Positions 52,570-64,000 of a stretch of 64,000 bases of DNA are shown here, piece after piece (position 1 is the first letter of the stretch; each line of letters opens with the position of its first letter). A model generated the notes under the pieces. It saw only the letters and a list, made by a program, of their open reading frames with translations. It had not been told where the DNA came from and made no database searches. Location of the stretch: the NCBI GenBank assembly GCA_951406725.2, contig OX597827.1:77562001-77626000 (forward strand), given 5' to 3'. The DNA is from Octopus vulgaris (lineage: Eukaryota). A program made the translations under genes and the position numbers.

Positions 52570-53730
52570 ATTGAAAAAAAAACACCTGTGTACTGATAGA
52601 TATTGCAGTCCCTTCTGACCAAAATATTGTCCAGAACAAAGTGAAGAAATTGTCAAACTACAAAGAGCTGGAGATTGAAGTATTCAAGATGTGGGACACA
52701 AAGGTGAAAATAATACCAGTAATTATTGGAGCATTGGGTATGATAAAAAAGAAACAAAAACATAGAAGCTATATCTGGACCCTCAACACCACACACTGTC
52801 CAAAAAATAGCCCTGCTGGGAACAGCCCAGATCCTATGCAAAACACTAGCAATTCAATAATACAGCTCATAGAAAACAATCCATGAACACAAGACACATT
52901 CTATACAACAAATATCCAATAAAATAAACCACCACCAAAACATGGATTCCACTAGGCAGAGACCCAACAGAGCTCAACTCGAATTACACACACAACACAA
53001 ACACTGGTACAACAAAAGACTGCAACCAGAGCCCATAACAAAACAAACTGACGCAATACCGTACCAGAAAGAGTTTTCACTCCCCCAACAGCAAAAAGAA
53101 CACACAATGCTACACAGACCCCCAGCAACACAGGTGATGCAGTAGAAATTTGCTTGAACCAACCAAAGGTTGAATAGCTCTGATGCAGCACCAGGCAGTG
53201 GCTCTCAAGGCTTCTGATCTTAACTGATCGAAAGTGTTATCATGTACATTGTTTTGTCTTGGTATAAAAGATGGGTTACAGCAAATATTCTGCTCAATAC
53301 CACAGATTTGCTTGTCAGTTGTTTGACCATAACCAGTTGAGCATGTCCCTTAGTGGCTGACGATATGTGCATCTCTGATCACGAGCAGAAGTAGTGGGGG
53401 AGCATCATAGCCATGTGTTGAGAGGAACTCTTTGGGGTTTGGATAATTCGCCTCTGGAAACATAGGTGTTTTGTTCAACATCCTTAAACAACCCTCATTC
53501 AGGGACCTTTTGAATAGGATGGGCTACTCGACCAGAAGAAAATTCTAACTGGGCCCCACCTGCAAGGTCAAGCGCTGTTTATCTTGATATGCGATCACCA
53601 TGTCGTGCACATGTGGTTGTGACGCATGTGCCTGATGTACCCTTATCAGATGGGTAGTCATGATGGGTATACAGGGATTTGTATATTTTACCCCAGTGTC
53701 ACTTTGATGGCATGCACTGCTCTCTCACTC
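52570..53730 (+). mobile_element. 5'-truncated R4/Dong-clade non-LTR element (restriction-like endonuclease C-terminus and 3' UTR)
   Basis: LIDIAVPSDQN..KKLSNYKELEIEV.KMW..KIIPVIIGALG; ends in (AAT)n. Confidence 0.75.
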
Positions 53731-53778
53731 AATAATAACAACAACAACAATGATGATGATGATGATAATAACAATAAT

Positions 53779-53814
<36 letters not shown>

Positions 53815-53816
<2 letters not shown>

Positions 53817-54160
53817 GAGCACTCAGAGAATGCAAACCTCTGCCAAGGCAATACCAAATCAGAGATGATTTTTAAAATGAGAATATCTGAAATAAACTCG
53901 ATTGCTCTCACAAACAAGAATACTAAAACTGAACCTGACCACTCTCAAAAATGAAGTAAAAAAAACAGGAAAAATAATCCAGAATCCTTGTCCAGTACCC
54001 GATCGATCCCAAAATCTAATCAGTCTGTGCCAGTCACAAGGCCAAACATCCCTGAAAGTTTCATTCGAATCCATCCAGCAGTTCTTGAGATATCTTGTCT
54101 ACAGACAAACAAACAGACACAACTGAAAACAATACCCCTGCCTTCATTAAGGTGGAGGTA
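53815..54160 (+). mobile_element. Helentron-like non-autonomous element, copy 1
   Basis: aagagcactcagag start, (ACAA)n, terminal hairpin; homologous to 55744-56112. Confidence 0.65.
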
Positions 54161-54179
54161 ATAATAATAATAATAATAA

Positions 54180-55715
54180 TGGTTTCAAATTATAGCACAA
54201 GGCCAGCAATTTTGGTGGAGGGGTAAGTTGATAGCATTGACCCCACTGCTCAATAGGTACTGATTTTATTGACTCTAAAAGGATGAATTTGAATTGAGAA
54301 TGTAAAAGAGAGAAGAAATGCTGTTAAGCCCCTCGTCTGGGGTGCTAACCGATTCAGTCGGTTCACCATCTTGATAGTAATAATTGGTTCTACTAAAGCA
54401 CAAGACACATGATATCATGTGTGTTGGTACTTACTCCATCAGCCCCAAAAGGACAAAAGGCAAAACTGACCATGGTGGAATTTGAACTCAGAACATAAAA
54501 ACAGATGAAATGGCCCCTATGCACTCTGCCCGGCATGCTAAGAGTTCTGCCAGCTTGTCACCTTAATAATAACCCTTTCTCTTATAGGCTCAAGGCCTCA
54601 ACTTTTGGCAGGGAGCAGATTACTCTGTTATATTGACCCCAGTGCTTATTTCATTGGCCCTAAAAAGATCAGAGGAAAAATGAACCTTGGCAGAATTTGA
54701 ATTCAGAACACGGTGGGAGTAGTAGTAGTTTCTTATATAAGCACAAGAACTCCCGAATTTGAAGAGAGAGACGTAGACAATTATATCAATCCCAGCACTG
54801 ACCCCAGGAGAATGGAAAACAAACAGTCATCCACCTCACGCACACACAACAGACATCTGTTTAGTTTCCATCTTTCAATGCCTACTCACAAGACAGGGGT
54901 CGGCCCAAGGCTATAGTAAATAAAATACACTTGTCCAAGTGACCATGCAGTGGGACTGAACCTGAAACCACAGTTGTGAAGCAAACTTCATAACCACACA
55001 GCCAAGCTTGCATCTACACACACAGATGACAGGCTTCTGTAGTTTCTGTCAGACCAAATTGTCATTCACAAGATATTGCTCAAGACGAAGATACAATAAG
55101 AGCCCCTTGCTCCAAAGTGCCACATTATGGGATTGAACCTAAATCCACAGGGTCGGGTGGCTATGTACAAAATAAAAACATATTTTTGGTCCACACAATC
55201 AATTAGACTTTAATTAATAATTAATGTAAAAAGCACTGGTGCTGGTTCCATGTAAAAAGCACCCAGCAGACACCCTGGAAAGTGGTTGGCATTAGTATTA
55301 GCCAGCTTAAAGTTATTGGTAAAAGATGCTACCCAAAGGTGTTAGGCAGCCTAAAGGCGTGGTAAAAGACACTATCCTAGGGTGCTGTGCAGTAGGATTG
55401 AACCAGAAATCTCATAGCTGTAAAGTGAACTTCTTAAACCACACAGCCATTTGTCTGGCACTCCAATAATATTGACAATAACAACATCAATAACAATAAT
55501 TTCAAACTTTGGCACAGGGTCAGCAATTTTTGAGGGCAGGGAAAAGTCAATTACATCGATCCCCCCATTACTTGACTGGTACTTTTTTATTGACCCCAAA
55601 AAGGATGAAAGGCAAAGCCAACCTTGGAGGAATTCAAACTCAGAATGTTAAAACGGATGAAAAGCTGCTAATTAGCCAGCCTGGCATGCTAACGATTCTG
55701 CCAGTACACCACCGT
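54180..55715 (-). mobile_element. Cluster of co-oriented SINE family A copies and family B fragments
   Basis: Family A at about 54180, 54430, 54575 and 55500; family B at about 54860-55150 and 55370-55450. Confidence 0.7.
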
Positions 55716-55743
55716 ATCTAACAACACCTAACAACATTGATAA

Positions 55744-56112
55744 CAAGAGCACTCAGAGAGTGCAAACCTTTGCCAAGGCAACACCAACATCCTCTGAATA
55801 ATTAACCAGAGATGATTTTAAAATAAGAATATCTGAAATAAACTCGACTGCTCTCACAAACGAGAATATTAAAAATGACCCTGACTGCTCTCAAAAATTA
55901 AGTGAAAAAAAAGCAGGAAAAATAATCCAGAATCTTTGTCCGGTACCGGATCGATCCCAAAATCTAATCAGTTCATGCCAGTCACGGGGCCAAACATCCC
56001 CGAAAGTTTCATCCAAATCCATCTTGTGGTTCTTGAGATATCCTGTCTACGGACAAACGAACAAACAAACACAACTGAAAACAATACCCCCGCCTTCACT
56101 AAGGTGGAGGTA
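55744..56112 (+). mobile_element. Helentron-like non-autonomous element, copy 2
   Basis: Same layout, ending taccccCGCCTTcactAAGGTGgaggta. Confidence 0.65.
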
Positions 56113-57016
56113 GTAATGACTTGTAACACAGACAGAGGAAGACAGTTGATTATAGAGCCCACCCCACAGCAGTCGACTGGTACTGGATCTATCATATTAT
56201 AGAGACCCACCCATGACTGTTACTCTATTATGTCATGTAGACCCAGTAATGGACTGGTATTGTAATATAGCATATAAGCCCCACCGGTTCACTGGTACTG
56301 TATCATTCATACACCCCAGTAGTTCACTGGTATTACTGTCTTCATCATTATTGTAACATTCAGTTTTCTGTGCTTCCATGGGTCAGATGGAACTCTCAAA
56401 GCAGACAACCGGAGGCTCTTCCTGTCACCCACCCTCTCCAGTTTCCAATCAACGTAATATGTCTTCATGGCCAGATGTGTTTCATGGACAACCCTAAACC
56501 TAATGAACAATGAAGTGAAACCGAGCTGAGTCTGAGTCCACAATGTTAAGATATATAACAAAACTAACACAGCACCTCTATCCTCTGTTGTTGCTCTACC
56601 GGTCCCATCGCCCACTGGTGCAGTAAACAATACAGAAAGACAAAAGATGGGAGCCAGGTGCAGCCTGATATTATATATCTCTGACTCCAGAAATATGACA
56701 AAAGTTAAGCTCAGTAGGACTTGGTTCAAGAACATTCAAAGAGGGATCAAATACTATAACAGAATCTTCTTCGATGCTAACATTTCTGCTGATCTGAAAC
56801 AAGCAACACAGGTTTAGGGGACAGGCTAGGGAGTTATAGTTAATGAAACTAAGCCCTTAACTTGATTGATATTTCAATATACTCTTATCTTTGGCCCTCG
56901 GTCCTTGAAGGGGTTGTGTGGGTTTGTTGTAACAGAGGGTTCCTTCAGGGGCATCTAAACCTGATCGAGCCCAGCTTTATGTCTGACCAACATCTTTTTC
57001 TTCCAGGAAAGCAAAG

Positions 57017-57047
<31 letters not shown>

Positions 57048-57177
57048 ATCCACTCCAGTACTTAATGACCCCGAAACTAAAGATAAGTAAAGTTGACCTT
57101 GGTGAGATTGGAACTCAGAACATAAAGGCAACTAACTAAACACCACCCTAGCAACTCCGTCATTCCACCTTCAGAAT

Positions 57178-57500
57178 CATCATCATCATCTCACATCCAT
57201 TTTCCATGCTGGCATGGGTTGGATGATTTGAAAGGAGCCGGCAAGGCCAGGAGCTGCACCCAGTTCCATAGCTTGTTTTGGGCTTGGTTTCTACAGCTGG
57301 ATGCCCTTCTTAATGCCAACCCCTCCACAGAGTGGCACCAGCACCGAGAGGGTCACTGAGTAACCGGCAAAACAAAAACCCCCTCAGCTGGGAGGAGGGA
57401 GTAGGGGAGGCTCTGTGCCAGTTGATGAGGGATCAGAGGTGTAGAGGGACAGGGATGGGTGTCCTGCTGTTAAGTAGACAGAGAATGGCTACTCCCATTG
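57178..57500 (-). mobile_element. RTE LINE 3' UTR
   Basis: (CAT)n...tttccatgctggcatgggttgga...tttctacagctggatgcccttc. Confidence 0.75.
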
Positions 57501-58104
57501 AAAAGGAAAAGAAGATGGGTTAGAGAAGACGGTAAAGAGAGCGGGTGAGTTAGGGAGAGAAGGAGAGCATTTCTATAAGGGGGACAAAATTACATGTTTT
57601 TAGGGATAGGCATAGCTACTTGACTGTGCGGTTCAGAAACTTGCTTCCTGACCAGGTGTCTTGAGTTCAGTCCCACTTGGGGAAGAGTCTTCTGCTACAA
57701 CCCCAGGCTGACCAAAGCCTTGTAAATGAATTTTGTGGATGAAAACTAAGTCCATTGTATACATATGTATGTGCATGTGTGTGTGTGTTCATGTATATTC
57801 CTGTTTTGATATCATGTGTTGCTTGCAAGCAAGCATCACTCCATCCATACAAGCAATGGTGTTCGTTTCCAGTCTTATGTGAAAAACATGCTCAGGCCAT
57901 GGTGAAATATGACCTCAATTGGAGGCAGGTGAGGGTTGGGGACAGGAAGAGCGTCTGGCCACAGAAAACCAGCCTCCACAAACTTTGTCTTACCCATGCA
58001 AGCATTGGAAAGTGGACATTAAAATGATTGACCCCTGCAGATCCAGGTCAGATTTTGGTGTCAAAATTTACATGCAAGAAATTAGTTCTACTTCTACACT
58101 GCAA

Positions 58105-58431
58105 AATACTTTACTCTTTTACTTGTTTCAGTCGTTTGACTGTGGCCATGCTGGAGCACCGCATTTAGTCGAACAAATCGACCTCAGAACTCATATTTTA
58201 TTCTATTGGTCTCTTTTGCCAAACCGCTAACTTATGGGGATGTAAACATACCAGCATTGGTTGTCAAGCATTAGTGGGGGGACAAACACAGACACATAAT
58301 AATAATAATAATAATAATAATATGACAACAAAAGAATGAATGAGACCTCGATATTATGTAAACTCTGAAACTGAGTTTTATTATGACAACCAACTAATTG
58401 TCACATATTTTAAAAGAAGCCGATCATATAT

Positions 58432-58486
<55 letters not shown>

Positions 58487-58640
58487 CGGCTTCTTTCAGT
58501 TTCTGTCTACCAAATCCACTCACACGGCTTTGGTCAGCCCAAGGCTATAGTAGAAGACACTTGCCTAAGGTGCCACACAGTGGGACTGAACCCAGAACCC
58601 TGAGATTGGTAAGCAAGCTACTTACCACACAGCCACCCCT
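58105..58640 (-). mobile_element. SINE family B (tail 58105-58295, head 58485-58640) split at its internal microsatellite
   Basis: Reverse complement of the 38338-38763 consensus. Confidence 0.8.
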
Positions 58641-59551
58641 AACAATTTTTTTTTTTATATACAATTTCTAATAATATTCAATCATAGGATTTTTTTAAAA
58701 CACCAAATGACTGGGGGTGGGGGGGGGCAGTGGAGTAAAAAAAAAAAAGTATGAAAAGGGTCCAGTAGGCAAAAATTGGTTGAGATGCAACTGATCCACC
58801 GTATTCTTTGAGATAATATCTTTGAGGTGAATGAAGAGATTTCGGTCATTATTGCTTTTTCTCAGGTTAAGCTATTTGCACAGAATCTTTCTCGGTTGAG
58901 CTCAGTTTTTTTTGACTAGGATGATCTTGAATATAGGCACAAGCCCCCACTCCCCCTTAAGCCTTATATGGAAAGGGGGTGGGGACAGTGACAACACTGA
59001 ATGGAGAGAGAGAGAGAGAGAAGAGTGGGGAACGGAGCAAAAGAATGAGTTTATAATAATGGAGAAATAAGAGATTCACATTGGATTACAAACAATAATA
59101 TTATCACATTCATTATAAACACATTTATAAAAATAATAACAATGATAAATAACGATGATGACAGGCTGAGAAAAATCTATCACCAAGGATCAACAAATAT
59201 TGGCATTATCGAGTAGTTTTTGATAATGAGTCATTAAGTGATTAACCCGTTTGTTTGGTAATTAATTATAAGCAAACATTTGTTTACATCTTTGCACAGG
59301 GAAAAGAAGTTGGTGACAAGATAATATACACCCAAGTGCACAGAAACGAAAACATATACACACAGAAAGGGAAAGAAATTATATATATACACACACACTC
59401 ATATATATATGTATGTATATATATTCATGTATAAATATGCACACACACAAACGTTATATATGTATATATTCTATCACAAAAACGAAAAGTTTGTGCTTCT
59501 ATGCACACACACACACACATATATAAATATACTTATATATCGTATGTTACG

Positions 59552-59597
<46 letters not shown>

Positions 59598-59869
59598 AAT
59601 ATATACTTGTATATCGTATGTTAGGATATTTCTCTTTCTCTCTCTGACACACACACACACATGCTTAAGAAGGACATGTAGAGGTGTAGGGGGTTAATGC
59701 CATGATGGACAAGTAGTAACATGAACACACACATCTATGTGTGTAAATATACACATTTCAAACAAAGAATACATACGTCAGGCCTGGTGGTGTGTAAGTT
59801 GTCTTGTGTGAGTGTGTATCAATGATACTTTTGGATATTTCAACAGAAATATTTCAAGTATGTAAGTGC

Positions 59870-60778
59870 TAATAAAAGTAGTCACACACGTTGTATGTGC
59901 GTGTGTGGTGGTGTGGAGTATACGTGTGCATAAATTGTAGAGCTTGCCCGTGTATGTATGTATGTATGTATATAATGCTGATCGCGTGTGTGTGTGTGTG
60001 CGTGTGTGTACGAGAGCAGGGTGACTGTGTTGCGTGTGAATGCTATATAGAACCAAGGCTTTCGTGTATGGGTGTGTAAGAAGGGTGTGTGTGTGTGTGT
60101 GTGCTTGCGTGCGTGTGTTTGTGTGAGGTATGAGAATGCACAGAGCTGTCTACGTTTGATTGAGTATGTGTGTGTGTCTGTGTGTGTTTGCGTGTGCGCT
60201 TATAAATATATATATGTATATGTGCGTGTGTGTGTGTGTGGCGTGTGAATGTGTCGGGCTGGCTATATTTGCATGACTGCGTGTGTGTGTGTGTGGTGTG
60301 TGTGTGTGTGTGTGTGACGTGTGTGCTGGCAATAGATGCCTGTCTATATATGTTTGTATGACGTGTGAGCGTGCATAAATTGTAAAGCTGTCTAAGATGG
60401 CGTGTATGTATATGTCAGTGTACAGCATATATCTATATATACATACACACACACACATATATATAATCTGTCGTTGTATGCGAATGTATGATTGCGCCTC
60501 TGTTTCTATGGCGTGTGTGTGTGTGTATGTGTGTGCGCGTGTAGCACGGCCTATGCGTATAATGTGATTATGTGTGTGTGTGTGTGTGTGTGCGTGTGAG
60601 AGCAATGCTGGTTGTGTGTATTTAGCTGTATTTGAACAGTGTGTGTGTGTGTGTGTCTGTGTGTGACGTGTGAGTGTGCATAAATTGTAGCAAGGCCTCA
60701 GCGTATGTACGCGTGTATATGTATATATTATATATATATATATATTGTGTGTGTGTGTGTGTGTGTGTTGTAAGGTTG

Positions 60779-60810
<32 letters not shown>

Positions 60811-61960
60811 GATGTAGTAGCACTGGATCTGTGTATAGCTGAATGTGTGTAGGTGTGGCTGTTACTGCCTTCTCTCTCTCTCTCTGTGTGCTTATGTAGT
60901 AGCTTTGTATATATATATATATATATATATCTATATCTATCTATCTATAAATATATGCGTGTGTGTGTGTGTGTGTGTGCGTGCCTACTGTATAGCTAGC
61001 TCCCTGATGGTGGTGCTGCTATCTTCCAAACACGCACGGGCCACCCTCCCCTCCCGCCGCCCACACACACACACACACACACGTGTGTATACATGTATAC
61101 ATGTATATACATATATATATATATATAGCAGTGTGTGTGTGTGTGTCACGCTGCCACATACTGTAAAGTACACATACACACAGGTCTGTGTGACATGTAC
61201 ACTACTTAAGTAAACTGTGAGCCATGCGTTTTGTCCAGTTAAACACAGAAGACAAACACACAGTCATGTTCCCACCATCACACACACACACAACAGATAG
61301 AATGTATATATAATTATATGGTGTGATGTGTGTGTGCGTGCGTGTGTGTGTGTGTGTAATGCCTGCTGTATGTTAAGTTAATGTAAGGCTATCTCTATGG
61401 ACGTCAGACACAAGAGAGAAGGGTAGGGGGAGAATAGAGAGAGAGACTAGGCAGGGAGGGGGGAGAAGAGAGAAAGGTAGAGAAGAAAGGGGTACAAATA
61501 CACTCATATGTATACGTACACACTGATAGATATATATATATATATATATATACAGACAATGCACACACAGACACACATGCGCGTTTATACAGATACACAC
61601 ACACACACCACCCAAACTATCCTTCCAGGTCCACATAAAAAAAAGTTGGTTTCAGCGAAGTAGTGAGGAGATGGGAGCTAAATAGGAAGTAAATACTGGT
61701 AAACACAACACACATGTGTGTATATACACAGCGTATATATAATGTAAAATAATATATATACACACACATATATATATATATGTGTGTGTGTGCCATACAC
61801 ACACACACACCATTGTATGCTACACTTGCATATATATATGTTCGCTATGCACGCAACCCTCGCATCACACACGCAACAGACACATATAACACACACACAC
61901 ACACGTGAGCATAAATATATATATATATATTATATCTATATATATTGGTGTATATACACA
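59870..61960. repeat. Extended degenerate (TG)n/(CA)n/(TA)n field
   Basis: Directly visible alternating purine-pyrimidine sequence. Confidence 0.85.
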
Positions 61961-61989
61961 CGACACACGCAAACATGGGAGGGAGGGAG

Positions 61990-62247
61990 GAGGGGGTGAG
62001 TATTGATTATGTTAGAAATACGAGACGGTAACAATAGTTGACAAGGTGGTGGCGGCGGTGGAGTTGCACCATTAGAGGTATTTCATGAGAGTGGCGAAGG
62101 AGAGGGTGGAGTGCAGGAGGCACACCACCCCGTTGACACCCGGAATAGGAAGGATCGCGGGTGAATACAGCCAGGGAACCACTTAAAGGGACACCTTCCT
62201 ATATAAATATATGCCTGAACGTGTATCTATACGAATAGGTATGTGTA

Positions 62248-62296
<49 letters not shown>

Positions 62297-62995
62297 TTAC
62301 ATACACACACACATGCGCGCGCGATTTCTTCTATGGATTGGATTGGATTTTAGAAGCCGAGTGTGAATACGAGACATTGATGCCATTCTCAATGAAACGT
62401 AGCTAGTGATCGAAACCGCATCGCCCGCTCACTGTCGGCTTACTTCCCTCCAAAATAAGTTAATAGTGCAGTTTGGAGAGACCTCAATATATAACTGGTA
62501 ACTGTCCTGTCGACGCCGGAGGAGAGGAAAAGTTGAACGCAGACGGGATTTGAACTCGGAAACAACGAGAGAACGTAATTAGATACTTATAGTTACACAC
62601 CTATAAGTTCTAAGTTCAAATCCAGCCGAGGTTTTAATTTCCCTTTTCGCCCCGGTAAAGGAACACAGAAAAGTACTTTCCTATATTAGCCCCTGCACTC
62701 TTAGTTCAAATGCTGTGGAGGTCAACTTTGCCTTTCGTCTTTTCCCTGGGTGAATAAAATAAAGTACCCGTCCCATAATGAGGTTGATCTTTGTTCAACT
62801 ATAATATCCACGAACTCCATCCAACCAAAACAATATTGGAGAACAATCGATATTCCAATAAAACACTTTGTTGACACGAGCTGAGCCGCCGGCGAACCGG
62901 TTTCGATACCTGGTTACTTCAAGGTAACTTCAAGCCACACACGTCGAGTGGTGATGAAGGCCTTACCTTATAGTAACTCTATATTAATATGATAT

Positions 62996-63056
<61 letters not shown>

Positions 63057-63097
63057 CGTGAGTCGTCCAAGAGACCATAATTTAGAGAAAAGATGGG

Positions 63098-63129
<32 letters not shown>

Positions 63130-64000
63130 AATGTACACAGAATAAGAGACACAAGCTACCTGTGTGTATTAAATATTTACCTCTCGCTGGATGGAATACT
63201 TTTTTTGTTGATCCTACCTTAACGGAACAGTAAACTTTATATACATATATATATATTTATTTATTTAATTATTTGTGTAATGTAAACAAATAGACAATGC
63301 GAGAGAAAGAGCGATGCTAACTAACACTTAACAGCGAATTAAAACCCGCATCACTTAATATACAAAGCATGAAATACGAATCGGAGAAATAATGATCTCC
63401 GATACAAAACGAAAAAGGGATCTTCATAGCAACGAATACACAGGACTCGCTCGAATGTCTGACAAAATCCTAAATTACGGGTGTTTTATTTGTTTACAAA
63501 ATTAACAGTGAAACTGTAATTAAACGAATTTATTAGTCTGCGTAATTAGATGCTCCCACATTGGCTCATAAAGTATTTATTTACACAACACGTATGGATT
63601 CCCTCCGAATGTCCACCACACCAGCTCTAAAGGTGTGCTGGTTTAGTGTCTATGAAATGGACCACAGACGGTAATTAACTCAGACTAATTAATCGCAAGA
63701 GTCACTTGACATGAAATGAGAGTGAATGGGGGGTGAATGTAGCATGCCGTGTCTCTGGACCCTTCTGTTTGCTGCAGGAGCTCATTGTTTATATACGGAC
63801 GGATTCGACAACCTTTACCTCTGTATGGCGGAGAAAACCTTCCACATCTCTTTACAGGTCGACAAACGTGAAATATGGCAAGTTTTTTTTGGTTTTCTAC
63901 CGCCGGCCTTGCAATCTGCTAAATGCAGTCCTTTAGGCCGGAACAAAGTAACAATGCAACGGCGAGGTTGCACTTTTGAATTACAGCGGAAAAAAAAAAA
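61990..64000. promoter_or_regulatory. CpG-enriched promoter-like region, possibly the 5' end of the 15-finger gene
   Basis: Visibly more CpG than the rest of the window, tandem ATTGG (CCAAT) near 62340, several minus-strand donor-like sites (about 62965, 63180, 63216). Confidence 0.3.

Overview
AT-rich, microsatellite-saturated metazoan genomic DNA, most likely from an octopod cephalopod (inferred from the SINE/LINE families, the (TA)n/(CA)n density and the gene type). There are two clear protein-coding genes, both on the minus strand and both C2H2 zinc-finger genes with a single coding exon: 22555-24612 (8 fingers; His-, Gln- and Pro-rich) and 48952-51291 (15 fingers). Both have candidate upstream non-coding exons. 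The rest is mostly repeats: three tRNA-headed SINE families, RTE, CR1-like and R4/Dong-like LINE remnants, a mariner fossil, TTAA-flanked MITEs, Helentron/DINE-like elements and simple repeats. The most notable observations are: an N-terminal array of ligand-less fossil zinc fingers in the second gene; a shared MAP..GK.F degenerate finger linking the two genes; a periodic finger code; and Penelope-type minimal hammerhead ribozyme motifs, one attached to an inverted tRNA-like cassette. Repeat boundaries were read by eye and are approximate. Family labels A, B and D are local to this report.
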